NCBI GenBank assembly: GCA_025363585.1
Contig: JANYDN010000371.1
Coordinates: forward strand, 1 to 60,218
DNA length: 60,218 nucleotides
Direction: 5' to 3'
Source of the DNA: Verrucomicrobiota bacterium
Lineage (GTDB): Bacteria; Verrucomicrobiota; Verrucomicrobiia; Limisphaerales; UBA9464
Below the pieces are notes generated by a model, which was not told the origin of the DNA, did not search any database, and was given only the letters and a program-made list of their open reading frames with translations. Each line of letters opens with the position of its first letter. Position 1 is the stretch's first letter. The position numbers and the translations under genes are program-made. Of this stretch, positions 27,713 to 41,276 are shown one piece after another.

Positions 27713-28483
27713 ATGGATCTCGCCGGGAAAGTCATCCTGATCACCGGGGCCTCGTCGGGCTTCGGCGCCGCCGCCGCGTTGGCTTTCGCCCGGACGCGTT
27801 GCCATCTCCTGCTCGGTGCCCGGCGCGTCACCCGGCTCAACGAGGTCGCCACGGCCGCCCGCGAGGCCGGCGCCGCGTCGGTCGGCATCCATGTGCTCGA
27901 CGTCGCCAGCACGCGGAGCGTCGACGCCTATGCGGCGTGGGCGCGCGACCAACACCCGTCCGTCGACGTGCTCGTCAACAATGCCGGCGGCGCGCATGGC
28001 CTCGACCCGGTGGCGCTGGGCAAGGACGAGGATTGGGAGGCGATGGTGCAGAGCAATTTCCTCGGCCTCCTGCGCATGACGCGCGCGACGCTGCCGATGT
28101 TGCCGCAGCACGCGGGGGCGTGGGTGCTGAACATCGGGTCGATCGCCGGGCATTCGGCGTACGAGGGTGGCGCGGCGTATTGCGGAGTGAAGGCCGGCGA
28201 ACGGCTGGTGACCCAGGCGCTGCGGTTGGAACTCAACGGCACCGGCATCCGCGTCGGCACGCTCGATCCCGGGATGGCGGAGAGCGAGTTCTCCTTGGTG
28301 CGGTTCAAGGGCGACGCGGCGCGCGCGGCGAAAATTTATGAAGGAGCGCGGCCGTTGACTCCCGCGGATGTCGCGGATGCGATGGTCTGGATGGTCAGTC
28401 GGCCGCCGCATGTCTGCGTCGACGAGTTGATTCTCAAACCGACGGACCAGGCAGCGTTCCACAAGGTCTATCGGCGGAAGTAA
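27713..28483 (+). CDS. SDR oxidoreductase (YdfG-like)
   Basis: TGASSGFG, NNAG and YCGVK motifs. Confidence 0.92.
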   Translation: MDLAGKVILITGASSGFGAAAALAFARTRCHLLLGARRVTRLNEVATAAREAGAASVGIHVLDVASTRSVDAYAAWARDQHPSVDVLVNNAGGAHGLDPVALGKDEDWEAMVQSNFLGLLRMTRATLPMLPQHAGAWVLNIGSIAGHSAYEGGAAYCGVKAGERLVTQALRLELNGTGIRVGTLDPGMAESEFSLVRFKGDAARAAKIYEGARPLTPADVADAMVWMVSRPPHVCVDELILKPTDQAAFHKVYRRK

Positions 28484-28489
28484 GGGGGG

Positions 28490-28519
28490 AGTTTCAAGTT
28501 TCAAGTTTTCGGTTTCAAG
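28490..28519 (+). repeat. 7-nt tandem tract after a stop codon
   Basis: AGTTTCAAGTTTCAAGTTTTCGGTTTCAAG. Confidence 0.75.
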
Positions 28520-28636
28520 GGGCTGCGCCACTCCCGGTGGGCCGCTGTGGAAATCGCGCTTTCGGATTCCCGGAATCCGGCGGAGGGTCCGGCTTCCAAC
28601 GGCGCGGTTGGCGCGCTCCTAAAACCGTTTCTCCCC

Positions 28637-29062
28637 ATGTCGAATCCCGTTGTTCAACCGTATCTCACCTTCGGCGGCCGCTGCGAAGAAGCCCTCGCGT
28701 TCTACCACGCCGCGATCGGCGCCGAGGTCGAGCTCCTGATGTACTACCGACAAAGCCCGGAACCCATGCCCGAAGGAATGCTATCGCCCGGTTGGGAAAA
28801 CAAGGTCATGCACACCACGTTCCGGATCGGCGGCTCCACGCTGATGGGGTCGGATGGGTGCGATGCGACGTCCAAGTTCGATGGCTTTTCGCTGTCGCTG
28901 TCCGTGACGACGCCCGAGGAGGCCGGCAAGGCGTTCGCGGCGTTGAGCGAGGGCGGAGAGGTGAAGATGCCGCTGGCGAAAACGTTTTGGTCGCCGTGTT
29001 TCGGCATGCTCACCGACAAATTCGGTATGGGCTGGATGGTGAGCGTGCCGGGGCAGATGTAG
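28637..29062 (+). CDS. phnB: VOC/PhnB-family protein
   Basis: PYLTFGGRCEEALAFY and TFWSPCFGMLTDKFGMGWMV. Confidence 0.9.
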   Translation: MSNPVVQPYLTFGGRCEEALAFYHAAIGAEVELLMYYRQSPEPMPEGMLSPGWENKVMHTTFRIGGSTLMGSDGCDATSKFDGFSLSLSVTTPEEAGKAFAALSEGGEVKMPLAKTFWSPCFGMLTDKFGMGWMVSVPGQM

Positions 29063-29209
29063 GCATGGCGCGGGCGTGGCGGCGCTGCAGGGTGGCGGCG
29101 ATCGTAAGATCGCGGATCGAGGCGAGCCCGACGAAGCAGGACCGCCGAACCGTGGTGGCTCCCTGCTCCCTGCCTCAAAGTGGCACCGGGCCGGTGCCAC
29201 CCACGCATG

Positions 29210-30799
29210 TTAGGCCGCGGCGAACGCCGCCTGCGTGCCCGCGCCGCCGGTGACCTTCACGCCGCGGCCATTCGCCGCGAGTCGCGTGAGGATCTTGAAC
29301 AGCGGTTCGGCTTGGTCGGCCGCGCCTAACGCTCCGGCAAGCGCGTCCGCGGTGAACGACTTGCCGGCGTTCGCACGCAGGAATTCGATTCCGCGCGATT
29401 GCAGCGACAGGACGCCCGCCGCCGCCTTCTTGCCGGCCTCCACGCCGGGTTGGTGGTACGCGTTGATGCGCACGAGCGACGCGTAGAATCCCACCGCGCG
29501 TTCGAACAATGCGATCAACACGCCGACGCTCGAGGGGGAAACGTCGCGCACCGTGAGCGTCACGCTCTGGCGTCCCTTCTCGTACAACGCGTCGCGCGTG
29601 CCCAACAAAAATCCCCCGAGGAAATCGCCCGACGTCGCGCCCGGCTCGACCTCGATGCTGGGTCCGGTCCGTTCCTGCAAAACCTCGACGAGCACCGCGA
29701 AGAAATTCGGCACGCCCTCGCGGAGTTGCTGCAGGTACGCGTGTTGGTCGGTCGATCCCTTGTTGCCGTACACCGCGATGCCCTGGTTCACGACGCGTCC
29801 GTCGAGGTCGAGTTCCTTGCCCAGCGATTCCATGACGAGTTGCTGGAGGTACTTTGAAAAGAGTTCGAGGCGATCCTTGTACGGCAACACGACCATGTCG
29901 CGCGCGCCGCGGCCTTCGGTCAGGAAATACCAGGCCAAGGCGAGGCGCATCGCGGGATTCTTCGCGGCGTCGGCGACGCGCGTGACCTCGTCGCAAGCCT
30001 TCGCGCCCGCGAGAAAACCGTCGATGTCGATCCCCTGCAACGCGGCCGGCAACAGTCCCACCGCGCTGGTCTCGCTCGTTCGGCCCCCGACCCAATCCCA
30101 CATGGGGAAACGTTTGAGCCAACCGTTCTGGATCGCGTATTGGTCCATCTTCGAGCCGACGCCGGTGACCGCGACCGCGTGGGCGCCGAAGGAGAGTCCG
30201 GCGCGTTCGTACGCCGCCTTGGCCTCGAGCATTCCGTTGCGCGTCTCGGGCGTGCCGCCCGACTTCGAGATCACCACGACGAGCGTCCGTCCCAATTGTC
30301 CGTCCAACCGCGCGAGCGTCCGGTCGATCCCATCGGGATCGGTGTTGTCGAAAAAGTACGGGGTGATTTTGTCGGCCTTCGGTTGGCCGAGGGCGTTGGC
30401 CACGAACTGCGGGCCGAGCGCGCTGCCGCCGATGCCGATGACCAGCACGTTGCGGAACGTCCCGTCCGCGCCGTGGATCGTGCCCGCGTGGACGTCGGCC
30501 GCGAACGCCTTCAACGCGGCGTTGGTCTCCTCGATCTCGGCGCGCAACGCGGGCGTCGGCGCGAGCGCGGGATTGCGAAGCCAGTAGTGGCCGACCATGC
30601 GGTTCTCGTCGGGATTCGCGATCGCGCCTTTTTCGAGGGCTTCCATCGCGGCGAACGCACGGCCGGCGGGAACGGCCATCGTCGCCAGGAACCCGTCCGG
30701 GAAATCAACGCGGGAGAGGTCGAGCGCGAGCCCGATGGACGGGTGCTCGACATAGGATTGCTGGAAGCGGGCCCAGAGTGCGGTCTTGGAAAGTGCCAT
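29210..30799 (-). CDS. pgi: Glucose-6-phosphate isomerase
   Basis: [33 protein letters not shown] and QPGVEAGK motifs. Confidence 0.97.
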   Translation of the reverse strand: MALSKTALWARFQQSYVEHPSIGLALDLSRVDFPDGFLATMAVPAGRAFAAMEALEKGAIANPDENRMVGHYWLRNPALAPTPALRAEIEETNAALKAFAADVHAGTIHGADGTFRNVLVIGIGGSALGPQFVANALGQPKADKITPYFFDNTDPDGIDRTLARLDGQLGRTLVVVISKSGGTPETRNGMLEAKAAYERAGLSFGAHAVAVTGVGSKMDQYAIQNGWLKRFPMWDWVGGRTSETSAVGLLPAALQGIDIDGFLAGAKACDEVTRVADAAKNPAMRLALAWYFLTEGRGARDMVVLPYKDRLELFSKYLQQLVMESLGKELDLDGRVVNQGIAVYGNKGSTDQHAYLQQLREGVPNFFAVLVEVLQERTGPSIEVEPGATSGDFLGGFLLGTRDALYEKGRQSVTLTVRDVSPSSVGVLIALFERAVGFYASLVRINAYHQPGVEAGKKAAAGVLSLQSRGIEFLRANAGKSFTADALAGALGAADQAEPLFKILTRLAANGRGVKVTGGAGTQAAFAAA

Positions 30800-30951
30800 G
30801 GTACGGGGTTGGTGACGGCAGCGGGAGTGTCTGCCGTAGGGACGCTAGACGCGCGCGGGCCCCGAAGAAAAGCCGCGAATGGGAGGCGGGGAGCATGCCG
30901 CCCAGGAGCATGCCGCCCAGGAGCGTGCCGCCTCAGCGAACCAGCGCGCCC

Positions 30952-30981
30952 CTGAAAACTTGAATCTTGAAGCTGAAAACT
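30952..30981 (-). repeat. 7-nt tandem tract after the Lrp stop
   Basis: Minus strand AGTTTTCAGCTTCAAGATTCAAGTTTTCAG. Confidence 0.75.
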
Positions 30982-30990
30982 CGCGCCCCC

Positions 30991-31470
30991 TCAGGGCGCC
31001 ACCGCGAGGCGTTCCTCGGTCGCGGCCACCTTCATCAGGACGCCCTGCTCCTTGTAGGCGCGCAGGACGAAATGCGTCGCGGTCGAAAGCACGCCCTGCA
31101 ACGTCGAGAGCTTCTCGGACACGAAGCTCGCCACTTGGCGCAGGCTCGTGCCCTCGACCTCCACCATGAGGTCGTAGCCGCCGGACATCAGGTAGCACGA
31201 GCGGACCTCGTCGTGGCGCGCGATGCGTTCGGCAAGCTTGTCGAAGCCGCCGCCGCGTTCGGGCGTGATCCGCACCTCGATGACCGCCCGGACGATCTCG
31301 CGTCCGAGTTTGTCCTCGTTGAGCACCGCGCGATACCCGAGCAACACGCCGGAGTCGGCGAGCGCGGCGAGGCGCGAACGGACCTCCGCCTCGGAGAGGT
31401 CCAGCATCGCGGCCAACTGTGCGGGCGTGAGCGAGGCGTCCTGACGCAGCAACTTCAGCAATGAATCCAC
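30991..31470 (-). CDS. Lrp/AsnC-family regulator
   Basis: N-terminal HTH; YLMSGGYDL and STATHFVL motifs. Confidence 0.92.
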   Translation of the reverse strand: MDSLLKLLRQDASLTPAQLAAMLDLSEAEVRSRLAALADSGVLLGYRAVLNEDKLGREIVRAVIEVRITPERGGGFDKLAERIARHDEVRSCYLMSGGYDLMVEVEGTSLRQVASFVSEKLSTLQGVLSTATHFVLRAYKEQGVLMKVAATEERLAVAP

Positions 31471-31545
31471 GCCCGCAGCAAACCGGAACACCGCAGCGGG
31501 CGGAAGCAGATTCCTGCGGTGCGTGGAGAGGGCGCGCCGGGAAAT

Positions 31546-31917
31546 CTACTTCTTCGTCTCGGCGGGCTTGTCCTTGGCTTCCGTCGCCTTCGCGTCCTGC
31601 TCCTTCTTCGCGACCTTCTTCGGCTTGATGGCGGCGATCTCGTTGTCGTCGAGCTTGCCGTTGCCGTCCTTGTCGTAGCGTTCCAACTGCTTCTTCCACT
31701 TGCCGGCAAAGGCCTTCCTCAACGCCTCGGCCTCCGCGCCCGTGATCTTGCCGTCGCCGTTCGAGTCGAATTTCTCGAGCACCTTCTTCGGGCCCAGCTT
31801 TTCCACCTTGGCCTCGACGGGTTTCGGTGCCTCGGGTTTGGCATCCTCCGCACGGACCGTTCCAGCCACCAACGCGACGCCCAGAAGCGCCGCCCTCCAA
31901 CCAATGTTAAGTTTCAT
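31546..31917 (-). CDS. Secreted EF-hand protein
   Basis: Signal peptide; FDSNGDGKITGAE and YDKDGNGKLDDNE loops. Confidence 0.88.
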   Translation of the reverse strand: MKLNIGWRAALLGVALVAGTVRAEDAKPEAPKPVEAKVEKLGPKKVLEKFDSNGDGKITGAEAEALRKAFAGKWKKQLERYDKDGNGKLDDNEIAAIKPKKVAKKEQDAKATEAKDKPAETKK

Positions 31918-32026
31918 CGTATGATTCCGGGGATATCTCCCGGGAGCAGACGCAACCCTACCTCCGGACGTTCAATCGGTGCGAGCCCGGGTTGGCACAA
32001 CCATCGGGTCGGAATCCCGCGAGTGT

Positions 32027-32057
32027 AACGCCGCGTGGGGGCACGCGGCCTACAGGC
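32027..32057. repeat. GTAG-type REP, identical (31 bp) to 59421-59451 in reverse
   Basis: aacgccgcgtgggggcacgcggcctacaggc. Confidence 0.85.
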
Positions 32058-32623
32058 AGGTTCTCGGGGGTTACCACGCGTTCCCCCAGGCATTCACCAA
32101 CAGCCTCTTCCTCACCGACCGCAAGTACGCCCTCTTCGCCCCGTATCTCGCGACGCGCCAGACCTACCAGTGCCCCTCGGACAAGACGACGATCGTCACC
32201 GACCACGGCAAACCCATCCCGCAGGTCCGTAGCTACGCGATGAACCTCTACATAGGGAACGACGGGTCCATCAACGACCGGATCTCCAACCAATATCGGA
32301 TCTATCGCAAGGCCACGGATTTCGATTCCCCCTCGGATGTTTTCCTTTTCCAGGACACGACCCCGCAGAGCCTTTGCACACCGGCGTTCATCGTCCTGAT
32401 GCCCGGAGTGATGGGCGGCGACCAGATCTTCCACATTCCGGCGACGCACCACAACCGGGGCGGCGTGGTTTCATTTGCCGACGGCCATTCGGCGGCGCGC
32501 CGATGGTTCGATCACAAACTGTTCGCGAACTCGCCGGTCGGCACGCGGATCCAGCACAACCTTTCGTCGCCCGGCAGCGCGGATCTCAAATGGCTGCGGG
32601 ACCACACGACGACGAAAAAGTGA
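32058..32623 (+). pseudogene. 5'-truncated prepilin-type H-X9-DG domain gene
   Basis: YQCPSD, VRSYAMN, HNRGGVVSFADGH and DLKWL are present; the FTLIELL N-terminus is missing. Confidence 0.75.
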
Positions 32624-32737
32624 CGCGGGAATGGAAGGGTCGGGAGCAGTGAAGCCGCGCGGGACGGGTCCAGCGGACATGTCTTATTACATCCGGTCGA
32701 CCGCGTGCCTAATTAGGCGATGCGTCGGGCGCGAGGC

Positions 32738-33724
32738 TCACCGCTCCTGGTCCATCGCCTCGGGCGAGCCGGGTTCGTCGAGCAATTGGATCGACGTCGC
32801 GGGTCCGAGGTCCGGATTGTCCCACGAGGACAATGCCCAAACGGTCTTCTTGGCGGGGGTCACCTCGAGCACCTGCACGCTGCCGGCCCACTGCTGGGTG
32901 TCCTTGATGCCGGCGATCCACGTGCAGATGACGGTGTTGCCGTTCGCCAGGCGGTTCGCGGTCTGGAAATTGCCAAGCCTGTAACCCGGGGCATCGTCGG
33001 GAGTGAATTCCCACACGGTTTCCCCCTTCGGGTTCACCTCGCGGGCATAACGCGCGGAATCGCCCGCGATCAGGGTGTTCCCGTTCTTGAGGCGAATTGC
33101 CGACCACGCGGACTTCGCCGGCACCGACCAGACCTCTTTCCCTTCCAAATCATATTCCACGACCTTTCCCTCGCCCATGTGCGGGACCAGGATCGTGTTC
33201 GCGCGGGTCATCCGGATGTGGCGGAACTGCCCGTGCGTGCCCTTCACCGTCGTGGGGATGGGGATGGTTTTCTCGAGCGTGTTGCTCGTCGTGTTGAAGA
33301 TCATGGCCTGCGCCGGATTCCCGTTGCGCATCACCAGGACACGGTCGGGCCCGATGGATTGGACCGAATGGATCTCGGTCCCCGGCGGGGCGGGACATTG
33401 CCACACGATGTCTTTCTCCGGGGAAATCATCGCCGCGCCGGACATATGGGAGAAGATGATGTTGCCGTTGGATAGCATCGTGGCGTCGTCGAATTCCTGG
33501 ACCCCGCCGGCGGCATTGCGCAACGGGATCGAGTACTGCCAGGCGACCTTCCCGTCGCGGACCACGAACATCGATTGCTTGCGGGGTTTGCGGACGTCCC
33601 ATTCCCCGGCATATAGGAACGGATGCTGGCCGACGCCCTTGCCGGGCAACACCGGGCCATCGGCGGCGAGCCCGCGGACGACGACAAGCACCATCGCGGC
33701 CAACCCATACCAGAATGCATTCAT
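32738..33724 (-). CDS. Secreted beta-propeller hypothetical protein
   Basis: Signal peptide; repeated LSNGNI/LKNGNTL/LANGNTV and GxxVW units. Confidence 0.8.
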   Translation of the reverse strand: MNAFWYGLAAMVLVVVRGLAADGPVLPGKGVGQHPFLYAGEWDVRKPRKQSMFVVRDGKVAWQYSIPLRNAAGGVQEFDDATMLSNGNIIFSHMSGAAMISPEKDIVWQCPAPPGTEIHSVQSIGPDRVLVMRNGNPAQAMIFNTTSNTLEKTIPIPTTVKGTHGQFRHIRMTRANTILVPHMGEGKVVEYDLEGKEVWSVPAKSAWSAIRLKNGNTLIAGDSARYAREVNPKGETVWEFTPDDAPGYRLGNFQTANRLANGNTVICTWIAGIKDTQQWAGSVQVLEVTPAKKTVWALSSWDNPDLGPATSIQLLDEPGSPEAMDQER

Positions 33725-33798
33725 GGAATGCGGGGTTGATAGCGAAGGGCCGGACATCGCGCCAGCGTGGATGTGGGGCCGAAGGCGACATTCCGGGG

Positions 33799-35580
33799 TC
33801 ACGGTGCAACGACGGCGCGATAAAAGAAATCACCCGACGGCGGCGTGCCGGGATCCTCGAGCGAGATCGTGGCCCGCAGCGGCACGGTGTTGGTGGCCAG
33901 CGGTTGCCAAACCAAGAGGTCGGCGCTTCGTTGCAGGATATAAGTCCGCCTTGATGTCTCGGTGAGTTGGAGTCCCTTCAGACCGTTCGCCGTATAGGCG
34001 AGGGCGAGCGGTTCGAAGGCGAGTTTTCCGGGCGACAACACCGGCAACGACGCGACCTGCAATGCCTCGAATCCCGGCAGGACCGGCGTTCGCTCCATCA
34101 CCACTGCCTTCAGCAAAAACGGATCCAAGCCCAGCAGTTGCAGGAGGGTGGGCGCCACCTGCGTCGTGCTCACGGGCGTGCGGACGATGAGCGGCGAGAT
34201 CCTGGGATTGGAGATCAGTAGGCCGACGTGCGTGTCGTCCTCGGCGCCGCCGCCGTGCTCGGCGATCTTCTTGGAAGACGACGTGAACACCGTTCCCGGC
34301 CGCGGGAACACGATGATGTCGGGCACGCGGGAATCCGTCGCCGGATCCGCCCAGAGTTCCTTCAACGCGGCGCCGGCGAAGATCTCCTCGGCATAGTTGC
34401 TTCCCGCTCCCGCCCGCAAAACGGCGACCGCGGCGGGAGCCTGCGCCGGATCCTGCAGCCAGATCAGGACACCGTCGTCCGCGGTGACCTTGGCCGTCGG
34501 GATTTCGGATGCCGCGAGTAGACCCGGATAGTCAACGCCGATGGCTTGGTTGAGTCGCGCGGGATCCATGGGAGAGTTCCCGTGCTTGCCCGTGAGCACG
34601 ATATAAGTCGAATCCAGCAAACCTTGTTGCCCCAGTGCGGACAGAATGTTGCCAATCGAAGCGTCCGTGTGCGCGAGTGCCTCGGCAACCAATGGGCCCG
34701 GGGTTCCGAAGCCATCGGCATATCCACCGGCTCCCGCGATGGACTTTCCCTTGATGTCCGAGGTCGACTTCGCCTTCTGCGCGACGCTCAGCGCCTGGAA
34801 ATTCATCGCGAAAAGGGTCGGCACGGGGAAGGTGCCGGTGCCCGTGTGGTCGTGCCCGCCGATTTGCGAGATCACGGCGGACACCTTTAGATCGTCGTAG
34901 GCCTCGGTGGCCGCGAGGCTCTTGGTAAGGCTGGTGCCATAGACATTATACGAGGCGATTTCCGGCGTGTAGAGATCGTCGACGCCCTGGCCGGAAGGTC
35001 CGTTGGCGATCTCGTAGGAGAGGTGTTTCTCGCAAAGCGCGGTGCGTCCTCCGGCGGCGCGGACCACCTCGAACGCCGTGTTGACCCGTACGAAATCATG
35101 CGGCCAAACCGGTGCCCCGCCACGTTTGGGATCGCGCGGGAGCGCGTCCACGCTGATGCCACCGCCGCCGTCGAGCGTGCCGAAGTTGATGTCCACCAGC
35201 TCGGTGAACACCACCTCGGTCCCGACCGGGCCCTCGGTGATTCCGGGCGGCCACAGCGATCGGTCGTACGAGTCGTCGTAGTACACGCCCGTCGACGCCG
35301 GCGAGCCACCGGTGAACAGCGCAAGGAACGTCGGGAATGAATCCGAAGGCCGGACGGTGCTGGCGGAGGTATAACGAACGGCGGTCGATGCGAGTCGCGC
35401 GAGCGCGGAATCCGGATGGGCCGCGAGATGGTTCGCGAGATCCACGTCGTGCAGGCCGTCGATCGAAATCACCAGGACCCGCGCGGACGGTGGCGCGCCA
35501 AGGACGGTCGACGCGGCGACCAAGGCGGATACCAGACAGGATGGGACGACGCGCGGGAACGAACGGACGGATCGGGGCAT
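33799..35580 (-). CDS. Alkaline phosphatase-superfamily / type I phosphodiesterase
   Basis: VLVISIDGLH, PSDSFP, TGKHG and AEHGG motifs; extra C-terminal domain ending FFYRA. Confidence 0.88.
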   Translation of the reverse strand: MPRSVRSFPRVVPSCLVSALVAASTVLGAPPSARVLVISIDGLHDVDLANHLAAHPDSALARLASTAVRYTSASTVRPSDSFPTFLALFTGGSPASTGVYYDDSYDRSLWPPGITEGPVGTEVVFTELVDINFGTLDGGGGISVDALPRDPKRGGAPVWPHDFVRVNTAFEVVRAAGGRTALCEKHLSYEIANGPSGQGVDDLYTPEIASYNVYGTSLTKSLAATEAYDDLKVSAVISQIGGHDHTGTGTFPVPTLFAMNFQALSVAQKAKSTSDIKGKSIAGAGGYADGFGTPGPLVAEALAHTDASIGNILSALGQQGLLDSTYIVLTGKHGNSPMDPARLNQAIGVDYPGLLAASEIPTAKVTADDGVLIWLQDPAQAPAAVAVLRAGAGSNYAEEIFAGAALKELWADPATDSRVPDIIVFPRPGTVFTSSSKKIAEHGGGAEDDTHVGLLISNPRISPLIVRTPVSTTQVAPTLLQLLGLDPFLLKAVVMERTPVLPGFEALQVASLPVLSPGKLAFEPLALAYTANGLKGLQLTETSRRTYILQRSADLLVWQPLATNTVPLRATISLEDPGTPPSGDFFYRAVVAP

Positions 35581-35690
35581 GGACGGCAATAGCACGAACA
35601 TTGCCACGGCGCGAATGCACGTTCGGGCGGCAACAGCCCACGCGGGCGGGACGGCCGCACCACCACACGGGCCTGCTGAAACAGGTCGGG

Positions 35691-35728
35691 CAAAAGAGAA
35701 GGGGCGCGGCCCTTGCGGACCACGCCCC
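35691..35728 (-). terminator. Intrinsic terminator after GSIII
   Basis: GGGGCGTGGTCC-GCAA-GGGCCGCGCCCC followed by TTCTCTTTT. Confidence 0.75.
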
Positions 35729-35748
35729 GTGAAAGCCGGAGAAACGGC

Positions 35749-37920
<2,172 letters not shown>

Positions 37921-38002
37921 GATAGGATTTCTGTGATGCGTCCCTGCAACGGGACGCGGGGTTCTAAGGATTCAGTGGAATGATTTCAAACGCTACTTGT
38001 TC

Positions 38003-38036
38003 ACAAAGCCGCGCCCGGTGGTTGCCGGGCGCGGCT
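38003..38036 (-). terminator. Hairpin (terminator or stabiliser) between amtB and GSIII
   Basis: AGCCGCGCCCGG-CAACCA-CCGGGCGCGGCT followed by TTGT. Confidence 0.6.
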
Positions 38037-38053
38037 CATGGGTTGGATTCGAA

Positions 38054-39502
38054 TCAGCCGTGGTAGGCTTCCTCGCCGTGCTCGGTTTGGTCGAGACCCT
38101 GGGTCTCCACGTCTTCCGTCGGCCGCAGTCCCACCACTGCCTTCACGATGTAGGCGATCACCAGCGTGCCCACGACCGACAGCACGATCGTCACCCCCAT
38201 CGCCTTGGCCTGCTCCAGCCAGAGCCCGCCACCGGACACCAGCTTCTCAAGCCCATTGTCCTTCGCCGCCGCGTTCGCCGCCGTCAGGTTCGAGTTCACG
38301 TCCGCCGTGGCCAGGATACCCGTGATGAACGCCCCCAAGGTCCCGCCCACCGCGTGCACCCCGAAGGTGTCCAGCGCGTCGTCGTACTTCAGCATCGGCT
38401 TCAGGAACGCGCACGCCAGGTACGGCACCACGCCCGCCAGCACGCCGATGACCAACGCGCCCTTGGCCGACACGAAGCCCGCCGCCGGCGTGATCACCAC
38501 CAGCCCGGCCACCGCACCGGAGCAGAAACCCAGGATCGAGGGCTTGCCGCCCCGGATCCACTCGATCACCGGCCACACGAAGGACGCCACCGCCGCCGCG
38601 ATCGTCGTCGCCATGAACGCGCTCGCCGCGATCCCGTCGGCCGCCCCGGCCGAGCCGGCGTTGAAGCCGTACCAGCCCACCCACAGCATGCCCGTGCCGA
38701 TCGCGCACAGCGCCATGCTGTGCGGCTGCATCGGTTGTTTGCCGAACCCGAGGCGCGGCCCCAGGATCAGGCACAGGATCAACGCGCTCCAGCCCGAGCT
38801 CATGTGCACCACCGTGCCGCCGGCGAAGTCGATCGACTTGATCTTCGCCGTGCCGTTCCACACCCCGTTCATCAGCCCGTCGATGCCCCACACCATGTGC
38901 GCCAGCGGGAAGTAGACGACCACCATCCAAAGGCCCACGAAGAGCATGATCGCGGAGAACTTCATCCGCTCGGCGATCGCCCCGATGATCAGGGCCGGCG
39001 TGATGATCGCGAACATGAGCTGGTACATCGCGAACACGCTGTGCGACACCCAGCCGGTGTAGTCCGTGTTCGGAGCCGCGCCCACGTCCTTCAGGAAGGA
39101 GAACTTCGTGAAGCTGCCGATGTAGGGACTCCCGCCCGAGAACACCGCGCTGTAGCCGAAGGCGATCCAGAGGATGGTCACCAGGCCGGCGATGCCGAAG
39201 CACTGGGCGACCACCGAGAGCAGGTTCTTGCGGCGGACCAATCCGCCGTAGAAAAGGAACAGTCCGGGCAGGGTCATGAAGAGGACCAATGCCGAGCTGG
39301 TCATCAGCCAGGCGTTGTGGCCGGGACCGGGCGAGGTTGCCAGCGCGGTCAACGAATTGGTCTGGCGGGCGCCGTTGGTGACGTAGGCCTCGAGGTCGGC
39401 CAGACGGTCGTCGACCGTGGGTTTCTTGTCCTCGGCGCGCAGGCTGGCGGAGGCCAGGAAGAGCGAGGAAAGGAAAGTCAGGAGCAGGAAGAACTTTTTC
39501 AT
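38054..39502 (-). CDS. amtB: Ammonium transporter
   Basis: FAIITPALI, DFAGGTVVH, GWYGFNAGS and DDALDTFGVH motifs. Confidence 0.97.
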   Translation of the reverse strand: MKKFFLLLTFLSSLFLASASLRAEDKKPTVDDRLADLEAYVTNGARQTNSLTALATSPGPGHNAWLMTSSALVLFMTLPGLFLFYGGLVRRKNLLSVVAQCFGIAGLVTILWIAFGYSAVFSGGSPYIGSFTKFSFLKDVGAAPNTDYTGWVSHSVFAMYQLMFAIITPALIIGAIAERMKFSAIMLFVGLWMVVVYFPLAHMVWGIDGLMNGVWNGTAKIKSIDFAGGTVVHMSSGWSALILCLILGPRLGFGKQPMQPHSMALCAIGTGMLWVGWYGFNAGSAGAADGIAASAFMATTIAAAVASFVWPVIEWIRGGKPSILGFCSGAVAGLVVITPAAGFVSAKGALVIGVLAGVVPYLACAFLKPMLKYDDALDTFGVHAVGGTLGAFITGILATADVNSNLTAANAAAKDNGLEKLVSGGGLWLEQAKAMGVTIVLSVVGTLVIAYIVKAVVGLRPTEDVETQGLDQTEHGEEAYHG

Positions 39503-39537
39503 GGATTGTGTCTGTGTTGGGAGTGTGGTTTCCGGGC

Positions 39538-40021
<484 letters not shown>

Positions 40022-40308
40022 ATAAACATATTACACGTTCATCTTTTCCATGAAACCCAATACTGAACATCTGGAACTGGCTTTTTTTGGACAGGCATAT
40101 CGATTCGAAACAGGCGCGCCGATTCCACGGGGGGATCCCTCGGAGCGACCATTGAGTGGAGCTCCGGAAAGGAGGTACCGCGACGGCAAACGGGGATGCG
40201 TGAGATTCGCGCGCATCACGCGGGGAACCGCGCGGGCAAAAGAGTGGTCCGGGGGTTTTCGTCCACAACCCGTTGATAAAGAGAATGGCAGCGAGGGAAC
40301 GCGACGGA

Positions 40309-40373
40309 TGGCATCATCAGTGCTTTGAACGAGGGGAAAGGCGTTGACACTCGGAAAGTGAGATCACTAGAGT
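40309..40373 (+). promoter_or_regulatory. Tandem sigma54-like and sigma70-like promoters
   Basis: TGGCATCATCAGTGCT (GG-N10-GC) at 40309-40324; TTGACA-N18-TAGAGT at 40344-40373. Confidence 0.55.
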
Positions 40374-40410
40374 GCGCGCCGCGTTAAGCCCGCTACATCA
40401 CACAAAACCT

Positions 40411-41178
40411 ATGAATCGTCTCAGTTTCCAGCGTCGCAGCGCGTTCACGCTGATCGAGCTGCTCGTGGTGATCGCGATCATCGCGATCCTTGCCGGAATG
40501 CTGCTCCCCGCTTTGGCCAAGGCCAAGCAGAAGGCGCAACGCATCAAGTGCGTCAACAACCTCAAAAACGTCGGTCTTGGTTTCCGTATCTTCTCGACCG
40601 ACAACAACGGCAGTTTCCCGTGGAACGTTGATGCCAGCCAAGGTGGCAGCCAGACCAACGGTGCGCTGACGTGGCAGCACTTCGCCGCCGTCTCGAACGA
40701 ACTCTCGACCCCGAAGATCGTTGTTTGCCCGTCGGATGGCCAATTGGTCACCAGCGATCCCGCCCGTCTTGATGCGACCAACTGGACCGCCATCGTCAAG
40801 GCGGGAACCCCCCTCCCGGGACCCAACGGCAACAAGTACATCGGCTACTTCGTCGGCCTCGGCGCTTCCGAAGAGAATCCCCAGACGATTCTCGGCGGTG
40901 ATCGTAACCTGAGCGAGGACACCACCGCCGCCACCGTCGTCCTGCTCAAGAGCACGGGCGCCGTCGGCCCCGCGGCGTACGTGATGACTGCGGCCAAAGC
41001 CCAGTCGTTGCCGACCTCGAAGACCTTCGGCTTCACCAGCCGCACGCACCAGGACGCCGGTCAGTTCCTGCTCGGCGACGGTTCCGTACAGCAAGTTACG
41101 TCTGCCCGCTCCCGCGAGGCGATCCGTGACGAAGCCTCCAGCACCGGCAACGGCATCACTTGGTCGCTCCCGAACTGA
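40411..41178 (+). CDS. Prepilin-type N-terminal cleavage/methylation protein with H-X9-DG motif
   Basis: [29 protein letters not shown] and [12 protein letters not shown]. Confidence 0.92.
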   Translation: MNRLSFQRRSAFTLIELLVVIAIIAILAGMLLPALAKAKQKAQRIKCVNNLKNVGLGFRIFSTDNNGSFPWNVDASQGGSQTNGALTWQHFAAVSNELSTPKIVVCPSDGQLVTSDPARLDATNWTAIVKAGTPLPGPNGNKYIGYFVGLGASEENPQTILGGDRNLSEDTTAATVVLLKSTGAVGPAAYVMTAAKAQSLPTSKTFGFTSRTHQDAGQFLLGDGSVQQVTSARSREAIRDEASSTGNGITWSLPN

Positions 41179-41212
41179 TCCTCCGACCAAAAGACCCGGT
41201 CTTTTACGCATC

Positions 41213-41242
41213 AAAGGGCACCCTTCACCGGGTGCCCTTTTT
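41213..41242 (+). terminator. Intrinsic (possibly bidirectional) terminator
   Basis: AAAGGGCACCC-TTCACC-GGGTGCCCTTTTT. Confidence 0.85.
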
Positions 41243-41276
41243 GTTGTCCGAGTGGTTGGGAGCGCGTGGCTACCGA

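Noticed and set aside
30891-30935. 15-bp tandem repeat GAGCATGCCGCCCAG x3 upstream of pgi as an operator
   Set aside because: Single locus; simple slippage explains it.
31992-32010. TTGGCAC as a sigma54 promoter
   Set aside because: The -12 position is GG rather than GC, and no intact gene follows.
37921-38000. Glutamine riboswitch before GSIII
   Set aside because: Only a simple GCGTCCC/GGGACGC hairpin; glnA-motif consensus not recognised.
40120-40240. c-di-GMP-I riboswitch before the prepilin gene
   Set aside because: GGCAAAC is present, but the following P2 stem and GCAAAG elements are not.
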